Positions 9,476-18,134 of a DNA stretch of 64,000 bases are shown here, one piece after another; position 1 is the stretch's first letter, and the number at the start of each line of letters is the position of its first letter. The position numbers and the translations under genes were made by a program. Source of the DNA: Cyanobacteriota bacterium. Lineage in GTDB: Bacteria; Cyanobacteriota; Cyanobacteriia; PCC-6307; Cyanobiaceae. Under the pieces are notes generated by a model. It was not told the origin of the DNA. It ran no database searches and saw only the letters and a list, made by a program, of their open reading frames with translations. Location: positions 1,227 through 65,226 of the forward strand of contig JBKDPV010000025.1 of NCBI GenBank assembly GCA_046342315.1, written 5' to 3'.

Positions 9476-12265
9476 TTGACCTCCACTCCCGCCGCCACGA
9501 AGGCTCCTCTGACGCCCTGGCACGCGCTGGATCCCCAGGAATGCCGCAGGAGGCTCGAAAGCGGCAGCGAGGGCCTCACCACCGCCCAGGCGGCCGAGCG
9601 GCTGGCCCGTCAGGGCCCCAACCGCCTTGAGCTCGACCCCGGACGTAGCAATCTGCGCATCCTCTGGGACCAGCTCAGCAACGTGATGCTGATCATGCTG
9701 CTGGCGGTGGCGGCGGTGTCGGCGGTGATCGCCCACGTCAACCAGCGCTTCCCCAAGGACGCGATCGCGATCGTGCTGATCGTGGGCCTGAATGCCCTGC
9801 TGGGCTATCTGCAGGAGAGCCAGGCCCAGAAGGCCCTGCAGGCCCTGCGCGAGATGGCGGTGCCCATGGTGCAGGTGCGCCGGGACTCCGAATGGCAGCG
9901 CCTCGACAGCGAGCAGCTCGTTCCCGGCGACCTGATCCGACTGGAGGCGGGCGACCGCGTGCCGGCCGATGCGCGGCTGCTGGAGGTGGCCGAGCTGGGG
10001 GTGCGCGAGGCGGCGCTCACCGGTGAGGCCGAGGCGGTGGCAAAGCGGGCCGACCTCGTGCTGGAGGAGTCCACCCCGGTGCTCGAGCGCAGCAACTGCC
10101 TGTTCCAGGGCACCGAGGTGGCCCGCGGCCGCGGCACCGCGGTGGTGACGGCCACCGGCATGGGCACTGAGCTCGGCCAGATCGCCGGCCTGATCAGCAG
10201 CGCCGGCGGTGAGGCCACGCCGCTGCAGGAACGGCTCGACGGCCTGGCCAACGTGCTGGTGGTGTCCGCCCTGTCGCTCGTGGCGCTGGTGGTGCTGGGC
10301 GGCTGGGCGATGGGCCAGAGCCTGCTCGATCTGCTCGAGGTGGCCCTTTCGATGGCGGTGGCCATCGTTCCCGAGGGCCTGCCGGCGGTGATCACCGTGA
10401 CCCTGGCCATCGGCACCCAGCGGATGGTGAAGCGCGCCGCCCTGATCCGCCGCCTGCCGGCGGTGGAAGCGCTCGGATCGGTCACCGTGATCTGCACCGA
10501 CAAGACCGGCACCCTCACCCAGAACCGCCAGGTCGTGCAGGAACTGCGCTGCGGCACCGAAGCGGTGGCGGTGGGTGGCCATGGCTATGTCCCCACGGGC
10601 AGCTTCACCCCCTCGCCCCTGGCCCCGCCGTCCGGCGCCCGCGCCGGCAGTGTGGCCGGCGCCCGGGAGCTGCTGCTGCAGGCCGGTGTGCTCTGCAGTG
10701 ATGCCGAACTCCGCCGGGACGAGCAGGGCGACTGGGAGGTGCTGGGCGATCCCACCGAGGGGGCCCTCGTGGTGGTGGGGGCCAAGGCCGGCATTGACGG
10801 CTTCGGCCTGCGGGAGCACTACCTGCGTGAGGCGGAGATTCCCTTCAGCTCCGAGCGTCAGCTCATGGCGGTGTGGGTGCGCGACACGGATGGCAAGCTC
10901 CAGGCCCCCCTTGGAACCGTGGCTGAGGGGTCCCGCACCCTGATGATCAGCAAGGGGGCCCCGGAAGTGATCCTCGCCACCTGCGACCGCTGGCTCGATG
11001 GTGCCGGCGTGGTGGGGATGGGCGAGGCCGAGCGCCAGTGGTGGCTCGACCAGGCCCGCGAACTTGCGGCCGGCGGTCTGAGGGTGCTGGCGTTCGCCTG
11101 CGCCCCCCACCATCCCAGCCCCGAGCATGAGCTGGAGCACCAGGTGCTGCTCGGCCTGATGGCCCAGCTGGATCCGGCGCGGCCGGAGGTGCCGCTGGCG
11201 GTGGCCCGCTGCCGTGAGGCCGGTATCCGGCCGGTGATGATCACCGGCGACCATCCCCTCACCGCCCGGGCGATCGGCGCCAGTATCGGCCTGGTGGCCA
11301 CCGATGGCGAAGTGGTGCTCGGCCGGGAACTCGAGCAGCTCGACGATGCCGGGCTTCAGGAGCTGGTGGGGCATTGCAACATCTATGCCCGGGTGGCGCC
11401 CGAGCAGAAGCTGCGGATCGTCAAGGCGCTGCAGGCCCGCAAGGAAGTGGTGGCCATGACCGGCGACGGCGTCAACGACGCACCTGCCCTCAAGCAGGCC
11501 CACATCGGCGTGGCGATGGGCATCACCGGCACCGAGGTGAGCAAGGAGGCCTCCTCCATGGTGCTGCTCGACGACAACTTCGCCACGATCGTGAACGCGG
11601 TGGAGGAGGGAAGGCTCGTGTATGCCAACATCCGCCGCTTCGTGAAGTACATCCTCGGCAGCAATGTCGGTGAGCTGATCACGATCGCCGCCGCCCCTCT
11701 GGTGGGGCTGGTGGGGGTGCCGATGACGCCGCTTCAGATCCTGTGGATGAACCTGGTCACTGATGGCGTGCCGGCCCTGGCCCTGGCCCTCGAGCCCGGG
11801 GAGGAGGGTCTGATGCAGCGCAGACCGGCCCAGCCCGGGGAATCGATCTTCGCCCGCGGCGTGGGCTCCTACATCCTGCGCATCGGCGTGGTGTTCGCCA
11901 TTTTCGTGATCTCCCTGATGGTGTGGGCCTACCGCACCTACGGCCCCGAGGGCCCCTGGCGCACGATCGTGTTCACCACCCTCTGCCTCGCCCAGATGGG
12001 CCATGCGCTCTCGGCCCGCAGCGAGCTGCCCCTGATCCGGGTGGCCCCCTTCTCCAACCCCTGGCTGCTGTGGGCCGTTCTGGTCACCGCCGCGCTCCAG
12101 CTCGTGCTGCTTTACGTGCCTCCGCTGGCCTCCTTCTTCGGCACCGTGCCGCTCTCCGGCCGTGACCTGAGCATCTGTGTGGGGGTGAGCGTGCTGTTCT
12201 TCTTCTATCTGGAGATCGAGAAGCTGGTGCGGCTCAGGCGCCGGCGGGTTTCCGCCGACACCTGA
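9476..12265 (+). CDS. P2A-type cation (Ca2+)-transporting P-type ATPase (PacL-like)
   Basis: DKTGTLT phosphorylation site, TGEA, PEGL, MITGD, GDGVNDAPAL, SNVGE and NLVTD; TTG start at 9476 assumed. The 7595 start in the ORF track is an antisense run-on. Confidence 0.92.
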   Translation: MTSTPAATKAPLTPWHALDPQECRRRLESGSEGLTTAQAAERLARQGPNRLELDPGRSNLRILWDQLSNVMLIMLLAVAAVSAVIAHVNQRFPKDAIAIVLIVGLNALLGYLQESQAQKALQALREMAVPMVQVRRDSEWQRLDSEQLVPGDLIRLEAGDRVPADARLLEVAELGVREAALTGEAEAVAKRADLVLEESTPVLERSNCLFQGTEVARGRGTAVVTATGMGTELGQIAGLISSAGGEATPLQERLDGLANVLVVSALSLVALVVLGGWAMGQSLLDLLEVALSMAVAIVPEGLPAVITVTLAIGTQRMVKRAALIRRLPAVEALGSVTVICTDKTGTLTQNRQVVQELRCGTEAVAVGGHGYVPTGSFTPSPLAPPSGARAGSVAGARELLLQAGVLCSDAELRRDEQGDWEVLGDPTEGALVVVGAKAGIDGFGLREHYLREAEIPFSSERQLMAVWVRDTDGKLQAPLGTVAEGSRTLMISKGAPEVILATCDRWLDGAGVVGMGEAERQWWLDQARELAAGGLRVLAFACAPHHPSPEHELEHQVLLGLMAQLDPARPEVPLAVARCREAGIRPVMITGDHPLTARAIGASIGLVATDGEVVLGRELEQLDDAGLQELVGHCNIYARVAPEQKLRIVKALQARKEVVAMTGDGVNDAPALKQAHIGVAMGITGTEVSKEASSMVLLDDNFATIVNAVEEGRLVYANIRRFVKYILGSNVGELITIAAAPLVGLVGVPMTPLQILWMNLVTDGVPALALALEPGEEGLMQRRPAQPGESIFARGVGSYILRIGVVFAIFVISLMVWAYRTYGPEGPWRTIVFTTLCLAQMGHALSARSELPLIRVAPFSNPWLLWAVLVTAALQLVLLYVPPLASFFGTVPLSGRDLSICVGVSVLFFFYLEIEKLVRLRRRRVSADT

Positions 12266-12288
12266 GCCAGGGCCCTTAGCTTCCAGCC

Positions 12289-12948
12289 TTGGATCTCTCC
12301 CTGATCGCCGACGACTTCACCGCCGCCCTCGAGGCGGCGGTGCGCAGCGACCCCCGCCGGGCCTACCTGCTGATCGCAGGGTTGATGCTGCTCGAGAACC
12401 TGTTTCCGCCCATCCCCTCCGAGATGGTGATGCCCCTGTGTGGATTCCTGATCCACCAGGGGCATCTCTCCTTCGTGCCGGTGATCCTGGCCGGGTTGGT
12501 GGGCACCCTCGCCGGCGCCTGGTTCTGGTATGGCGTGGGTCGGCTGGTGGATGAACGCCGCCTGGAGAGGCTGCTCGCGCGTCACGGCGGCTGGATGGGC
12601 CTGCGCGCCGAGGATCTGGCCGCCAGCCGCCGCTGGTTCTCCCGCCATGGCGGAGCGGTGGTGTTCTGGGGTCGGTTGATCCCGGGCATTCGCCCGTTCG
12701 TCTCCCTGCCGGCGGGCATCGAGCTGATGCCCCAGCCCGCCTTCCTGCTCTGGAGCGGCGCCGGCAGCCTGGTGTGGCTGAGCGCCCTCACCCTTGCCGG
12801 CCAGGGGCTCGGAGCCGGCTGGCGCCATGGGGTGGAGGGCAGTGAGCCCCTCGCCCGTTTCGGCCAGATTCTCGGGGCAGCAGCATTGCTGGCGATGGGC
12901 GTCTGGCTTTGGCGGCGGGCCCGGGGGCGCCGCAGCGGGCGCCGCTGA
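12289..12948 (+). CDS. DedA family membrane protein (second copy)
   Basis: ENLFPPIPSEMV, GAWFWYGVGR and GRLIPGIRPFVSLPAG motifs. Confidence 0.88.
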   Translation: MDLSLIADDFTAALEAAVRSDPRRAYLLIAGLMLLENLFPPIPSEMVMPLCGFLIHQGHLSFVPVILAGLVGTLAGAWFWYGVGRLVDERRLERLLARHGGWMGLRAEDLAASRRWFSRHGGAVVFWGRLIPGIRPFVSLPAGIELMPQPAFLLWSGAGSLVWLSALTLAGQGLGAGWRHGVEGSEPLARFGQILGAAALLAMGVWLWRRARGRRSGRR

Positions 12949-12952
12949 GCCC

Positions 12953-13231
12953 TCATTCGCCCCCGGACTCCTTCTCCTCGCCCAGGCCCGGGCTGGCCTC
13001 CCGCGTGCCAGGCCCGCCATCGATCCGTTCCGTCATCGACCCCAGCACAAACAGCAACGCTCCCCCCAGGGCCAGGAGCCCGAGGAACAGGGCCGCTTGC
13101 CAACTGCGCCGCCTTTCCTCCACCAGCACGGTGGTGTCCAGGGAGCGGCCGCAGTCGGAGCACACGAGTTTCGCTTTGCTGCCGCTCCCCACCTTGGTCA
13201 CCATCCGGCAGCCGCATTTCGGACAGGCCAA
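12953..13231 (-). CDS. Small Zn-ribbon protein with one TM helix
   Basis: CPKC...CSDC pair followed by a hydrophobic segment WQAALFLGLLALGGALLFVLG. Confidence 0.6.
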   Translation of the reverse strand: MACPKCGCRMVTKVGSGSKAKLVCSDCGRSLDTTVLVEERRRSWQAALFLGLLALGGALLFVLGSMTERIDGGPGTREASPGLGEEKESGGE

Positions 13232-13402
13232 GGGCGGCGAAGTCTCGGAATTGCTTCATCTTCGCAGTCCAGCCGGGATCGATAAGCCGTGCTTGGCAGG
13301 CCCATTGGGAGTTCCGCTCCTCTGGCGCCCCCAGGGCCGCTGCCCCCTCTTTAGGGTTCCCCATCAATGGCTCGCCATCCGGCGGCGTCCTCTCCTGCCT
13401 GC

Positions 13403-15283
13403 ATGACCCTCCTTCCCGCCCAGACGGCCTGGCTGGTCCCCCTCTATCCCCTGGTGGCGTCGCTGCTTTCGCTGCTGTGGTCGCCGGGGCTGATCTCGCG
13501 CACGGGGCCCCGGCCCTGCGGCTATCTCAACCTCACCCTGGTGAGCGTGGCGTTCGTGCACAGCGCCTCCGCCCTGATGGCGCTGCACTCCAATTCCGCC
13601 GCCGGTGCCGCCGCCCTCTACAAGCCGCTCACCTTCGGCTGGACCTGGCTGGACACCGCCGGCCTGCGGGTGGGCTTCGATGGCCTGATCACCGAGCCGG
13701 CTCTGATCGCGATGACGGTGATCACCGGCCTGCATGTGCTGGTGCAGATCTATGCGATCGGCTATCTGGAGATGGACTGGGGCTGGCCCCGCTTCTTCGG
13801 CTCGCTGAGCTTCTTCGAGGCCGGCCTCTGCGCCCTGGTGCTCACGGATTCGCTGTTCTTCAGCTACGTGATCCTCGAGCTGCTCACCCTCGGCACCTAC
13901 CTGATCGTGGGCACCTGGTACAACCAGCCGCTGGTGGTGAAGGGGGCGAGGGACGCTTTCCTCACCAAGCGAATCGGCGACCTCATCCTTCTGGCCGGGG
14001 TGATCGCCCTGCTGCCCATCACCGGCACCTGGAATTTCCACGGGCTGCAGGCCTGGGCGGCCGATCAGGTAAACAACGGCAACCCCCTCCCCCAGATTCT
14101 GCCGTTGATCCTGCTGGCCCTGATCGCCGGGCCGATGGGCAAGTGCGCCCAGATCCCCCTGCACCTCTGGCTGGATGAGGCGATGGAGAGCCCTCTGCCC
14201 TCCACCGTGCTGCGCAACTCCGTGGTGGTGGTGGGTGGCGCCTGGGTGCTTCTGCGCCTCGAACCCCTGATCGAGTTGAGCCCGCTGGTGCAGACCGTGC
14301 TGGTGATCGTGGGCGGCACCACGGCTCTGGTGGCCTCTCTGATCGCCCTGGCCCAGATCGATGTGAAACGGGCCCTCTCCTTCCTGGTGAGCAGCTGGCT
14401 CGGCCTGCTGTTCGTGGCGGTGGGTCTGGGCGGCATCAGCGTGGCCGATCACCTGATGCTGGTGTACCCCCTGCCGATGGCGCTCATGCTGATGGTGATC
14501 GGCGCCATCGTGATCACCAACGTCACCCAGGACCTCACCCAGCTGGGTGGCCTCTGGAGCAAGCGACCGCTGATGGGCCTGGCTTTCCTCACCGGCGCCG
14601 CCGGTCTGATGGCCCTGCCTCCGTTCGGTGGTTTCGCCGCCCTGAGCGAGCTCATGGAGCTGACGGCCGAGAGCTCCCATCCCCTGCTGCTCGGCGTCCT
14701 TGTGCTGTTCACCAATGCCCTCATCAGTGCCGGTCTGATCCGGGTGTTCGGCCTGATCTGGGGCGGACGCCCTTCGGTGTTCACCACCCGCTCCCCGGAG
14801 GTGCTGTGGCTGATGGCCCTGCCCACCTTCGTGCTGATGGGCCTGGTGCTGCACATGCCCCAGCTGCTGGTGATCAACGGGGTCTTCGCCCTCTCCCCCC
14901 TGCCGGGGTGGGGCCCGCTGGCGGTTCCCCTGCTGATCTCCACCCTCGTGGGTGGCGGCCTTTCCGCTGTGTTCTATCTCAGGCCCCATCCCCTGGCCCA
15001 CTTGCCGGCAGCTCTCGGCGGCCTCCAGGACTGGCTCGCCCACGATATGCAGACTGAGAGCTTCTACCACCGCACCGTGGTAGGCCTGGTGGTAGGCCTG
15101 GCTCGGCTCAGTGCCTGGATGGATGAGCGTCTGGTCGACGGCTTCAGCAGCGCCACCGGTTCCGTTGCCCTCCAGGGGGCCAGGCGTCTGAGCTTCACCA
15201 CCTCCGGACGCTCCCAGGCCTATGCCCTCACCGTGGTTCTGGGGGTTCTGCTGATGGCCGCCTGGCTGCTCACCGGCTTCTGA
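13403..15283 (+). CDS. ndhF3: NDH-1 subunit F3 (high-affinity CO2 uptake)
   Basis: AWLVPLYPL, EMDWGWPRFF, GKCAQIPLHLWLDEAMESP and GRSQAY; co-oriented with ndhD/cupA/cupS. Confidence 0.9.
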   Translation: MTLLPAQTAWLVPLYPLVASLLSLLWSPGLISRTGPRPCGYLNLTLVSVAFVHSASALMALHSNSAAGAAALYKPLTFGWTWLDTAGLRVGFDGLITEPALIAMTVITGLHVLVQIYAIGYLEMDWGWPRFFGSLSFFEAGLCALVLTDSLFFSYVILELLTLGTYLIVGTWYNQPLVVKGARDAFLTKRIGDLILLAGVIALLPITGTWNFHGLQAWAADQVNNGNPLPQILPLILLALIAGPMGKCAQIPLHLWLDEAMESPLPSTVLRNSVVVVGGAWVLLRLEPLIELSPLVQTVLVIVGGTTALVASLIALAQIDVKRALSFLVSSWLGLLFVAVGLGGISVADHLMLVYPLPMALMLMVIGAIVITNVTQDLTQLGGLWSKRPLMGLAFLTGAAGLMALPPFGGFAALSELMELTAESSHPLLLGVLVLFTNALISAGLIRVFGLIWGGRPSVFTTRSPEVLWLMALPTFVLMGLVLHMPQLLVINGVFALSPLPGWGPLAVPLLISTLVGGGLSAVFYLRPHPLAHLPAALGGLQDWLAHDMQTESFYHRTVVGLVVGLARLSAWMDERLVDGFSSATGSVALQGARRLSFTTSGRSQAYALTVVLGVLLMAAWLLTGF

Positions 15284-15344
15284 ACCTCTTCCGCGAGCTT
15301 GCAGCCGCACCAACCAGGATCTAAGCGAAAGCGACGGTTACCAG

Positions 15345-15370
15345 ACCGTTTCCCCACGCGGGGAAGCGGT
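15345..15370 (+). other. 11-bp stem-loop ACCGTTTCCCC-ACGC-GGGGAAGCGGT downstream of ndhF3
   Basis: Pairing read directly (one G-U pair, 4-nt loop); no U-tract follows, so function is unassigned. Confidence 0.5.
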
Positions 15371-16898
15371 GGGCTCCTTCACAGAGCTACCCTGGCAGGC
15401 ATGGCAGAAAGGGTTGTTGACCGGCTTGGCTCCCCATACCCGCAATAAAAATTCGTTGACCCCTGGCCGGCTCGCGCACGGCTTGTGGAGCAGGCTTCAA
15501 CGGCTTCTCAAACTCATTCTGCGGCCGGAAACCGTTCTTTGGCTTCTGCTTGCGGCTCTGCTTTTATTGCCGCTGGTAATGATCCGTGCCATCTCCAACG
15601 CCACCTTGGCCCAGATGAAGATGCATGCGGAGGAAGTTTCCACTCTTGCTACCGATATCCGCTCCTACTATGCAGACAACGTGATTGCGCGGCTTCAGGC
15701 TGCCGATGGCAAGGCTGTGTATTCCGAGAACTATCGTGATGTGCATGGAGGTATCCCGATTCCGGCCACTCTGTCGATTGAGCTTGGAGCCCTGTTCGAT
15801 AATGCCCACAGTGATGGACGTATCTCCTATGAATTTATCTCCGACTATCCTTTCGCCAAGAGGGTTCTTCGTTCTTTGGATGATTTTGAGGTGAATGCAA
15901 TACGTGCATTCCGTGATGATCCCAGCCGCACAACCTTCACCGAGCTTTCCGGCAATGGGTTAGGTCGATCCTCCTACCGTCTGGCTACACCGGTGATCAT
16001 GCGGCAAGCCTGTGTCACCTGCCACAACGCCCATCCTGATTCGCCCAAGCGCGATTGGAAGGTGGGTGACATCCGTGGCATTCAGGAGGTTACGGTCAGG
16101 GGTTTGCTCGTGAACAGCTTCGGCAACCTCAATGGTCTTTTTGGTTACGTTTCCTTGCTCGGCGTTCTGTCGGTCGTTTCCGCAGGTGTCTTTCAGCGTC
16201 AGAGCCGTAATCTCCGGACCATCAATAGAAAGCTGGAGAGCGTGCATGAGCGCGAGTCAGATCTTGCTGCCCGAATGAGCGACCAGCTACAGGAGCTCTC
16301 GCTTTTCGGCACTGCTGTGGACAACTCGATCGTCGGCATCGCGATTGCTGATATGCGCAAGCCAGATGCTCCGCTTGTTTATGTCAATGATGCCTTCACC
16401 AGAATCACCGGTTACACGAAGCAGTTGGCGATTGGCTTCAACTGCCGCTTTCTTCAGGGGCCCGATACGGATCCGGCCGAGGTGTTGCGTATCCGCCAGG
16501 CCTTGGAGCAGGGCCAGTTCTACAGCGGCGAGCTGATCAACTATCGTCACGACGGCAGTCGCTTCTGGAATCGCCTGACCCTCTCACCCGTGGGCGGAAG
16601 TGGCGGCAAGCCCGATTTTTTCGTGGCTAACCAGGTGGACATCACCCATCTCAAGGTTGAACGAGGTGTGCCCGTTCGGGAGCTCACCAACCTGGAAAAC
16701 GATGTTGATTCAGCTCAGGAGGCTCTCGCCAACGCACGACGCTTCGCTGAGGCCCTTCAACAGAATCTCCAGAACAGCGGTCAGTGCGCGGTGGAGCATG
16801 AGGCTTTTCTGCTCTCCGAACAAAAAGCGCACCAAGACCTGGCCGAGAGGCTCTCCCGAATCTCTGGGCTGATTCAGCGCTACATCAGCAATTCGTGA
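15369..16898 (+). CDS. Membrane sensor: TM - DUF3365/Tll0287-like c-heme domain - TM - LOV domain - coiled coil (start may be TTG at 15483)
   Basis: CVTCH at 16011-16025 within a DUF3365-like context (FISDYPF...HPDSPKRDWKVGDIRG); LOV signature GFNCRFLQGPDTD at about 16434-16472 with INY, FWN and ANQ; two hydrophobic helices flank the heme domain. Confidence 0.85.
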   Translation: MGSFTELPWQAWQKGLLTGLAPHTRNKNSLTPGRLAHGLWSRLQRLLKLILRPETVLWLLLAALLLLPLVMIRAISNATLAQMKMHAEEVSTLATDIRSYYADNVIARLQAADGKAVYSENYRDVHGGIPIPATLSIELGALFDNAHSDGRISYEFISDYPFAKRVLRSLDDFEVNAIRAFRDDPSRTTFTELSGNGLGRSSYRLATPVIMRQACVTCHNAHPDSPKRDWKVGDIRGIQEVTVRGLLVNSFGNLNGLFGYVSLLGVLSVVSAGVFQRQSRNLRTINRKLESVHERESDLAARMSDQLQELSLFGTAVDNSIVGIAIADMRKPDAPLVYVNDAFTRITGYTKQLAIGFNCRFLQGPDTDPAEVLRIRQALEQGQFYSGELINYRHDGSRFWNRLTLSPVGGSGGKPDFFVANQVDITHLKVERGVPVRELTNLENDVDSAQEALANARRFAEALQQNLQNSGQCAVEHEAFLLSEQKAHQDLAERLSRISGLIQRYISNS

Positions 16899-18130
16899 TG
16901 GTGCCGCCCCCTTCATTGAGGCAGTCTCCAAGACTTCTGAGGCGGTTGCTCTTCAGCTACTGGCTGGGTTGCAGTTTATTGCTTGCTGTTGGTTTAGCTC
17001 TGTTTGATCTCTGGGAGCACCAGAGGCAGATCGTGAAGGAAGGTGAGCAAGCCGCCCAGGTTGTCAGTGCCAGTTTGCGGACGAATCTCACCAATCAGCA
17101 ACGTCAGCAGTTGCTTCAGGCCTATGGCCAGATGTATCAAGCCGAGCGATTCGATCGGATGAATCTGTTGCTGGTGGTTGATCTTACCGGACAGGTTGTC
17201 TACACCTCGCAGCCAGCATGGCGCTCTCTGCTGATCAGTGATCCCCTGTTTTACAAGCTCGCTCTCAACGATTTCGACTTTGGTAACGTTGTCGAGTGTT
17301 TTCGCGACAGGCCTAAAGAATGCATGGAGATCAGAAGTTTGAACTGGCATCTCCCTCTTTCCGGAATCACGGTGGTGCGCCCTGTTTCGATGCCTGCATT
17401 GGATCTTGGCTTGCCGCGCCGGCCGTTCCTGGTGCTCGTTAACTTTGATTCCGGCACGATGATCAGTGACTTGCTGCAGGATTTACCCGTTTTAATTGTG
17501 TGGGTGTGTCTGGTGTCTTCCTTGCTTGTGCTGGCCCTATGGTTTTGCGCTACCCGCCAATTTCTGCCCCAGTTGATCGCGGCTAGCCAGACCGATTCCC
17601 TTACCCAGCTGATCAACCGCACGTCATTCATGGAGAAGGCTGTCGATGTTCTTGCCGAGGCAGAAGAGCGGCGTGCCGAATTTGTGTTTGCCATCCTCGA
17701 TATCGACCACTTCAAGCGGATTAATGATACCTACGGTCACGGTTGTGGCGATGCAGCCCTTGCTGCGGTGGGCGCCTTGCTGCTTGCCGTTACCAGGCCT
17801 GACGACCTGGTGTGCCGCATGGGTGGTGAGGAATTTGCTCTGCTGCTTTCGATGCCCCGCCTGGGAGGAGCCAAGGCTTTGGAGCGGCTGCGCCTACAGC
17901 TTGAGATGAATCGCATCCTCTACAGTGGTCAGCAAGTTCCCCTTACCGCAAGCATAGGAGCTGCAGCTACTTCTGACTGCGGCTACAACATCGACTTTCT
18001 CTATAACGCAGCTGACAAGGCCCTCTACGTAGCCAAGAATGCCGGCCGTAACCTTGTTCAGTGGAATGATGGAGAGCTGATGAGCCGCCTGTCCATTTCA
18101 GATGCACCCTCTGCTGCAACGAGCAACTGA
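16895..18130 (+). CDS. Membrane-anchored diguanylate cyclase (GGDEF)
   Basis: DSLTQLINR, LDIDHFKRINDTYGHGCGD, RPDD I-site and GGEEF (17822-17836), KNAGRN; two TM helices flank an extracytoplasmic domain. Confidence 0.9.
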   Translation: MMVPPPSLRQSPRLLRRLLFSYWLGCSLLLAVGLALFDLWEHQRQIVKEGEQAAQVVSASLRTNLTNQQRQQLLQAYGQMYQAERFDRMNLLLVVDLTGQVVYTSQPAWRSLLISDPLFYKLALNDFDFGNVVECFRDRPKECMEIRSLNWHLPLSGITVVRPVSMPALDLGLPRRPFLVLVNFDSGTMISDLLQDLPVLIVWVCLVSSLLVLALWFCATRQFLPQLIAASQTDSLTQLINRTSFMEKAVDVLAEAEERRAEFVFAILDIDHFKRINDTYGHGCGDAALAAVGALLLAVTRPDDLVCRMGGEEFALLLSMPRLGGAKALERLRLQLEMNRILYSGQQVPLTASIGAAATSDCGYNIDFLYNAADKALYVAKNAGRNLVQWNDGELMSRLSISDAPSAATSN

Positions 18131-18134
18131 TTCG

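Noticed and set aside
15340-15372. GTTTCCCCACGCGGGGAAG resembles a type I-E CRISPR repeat
   Set aside because: Single copy, no spacers, no cas genes; kept only as a hairpin.
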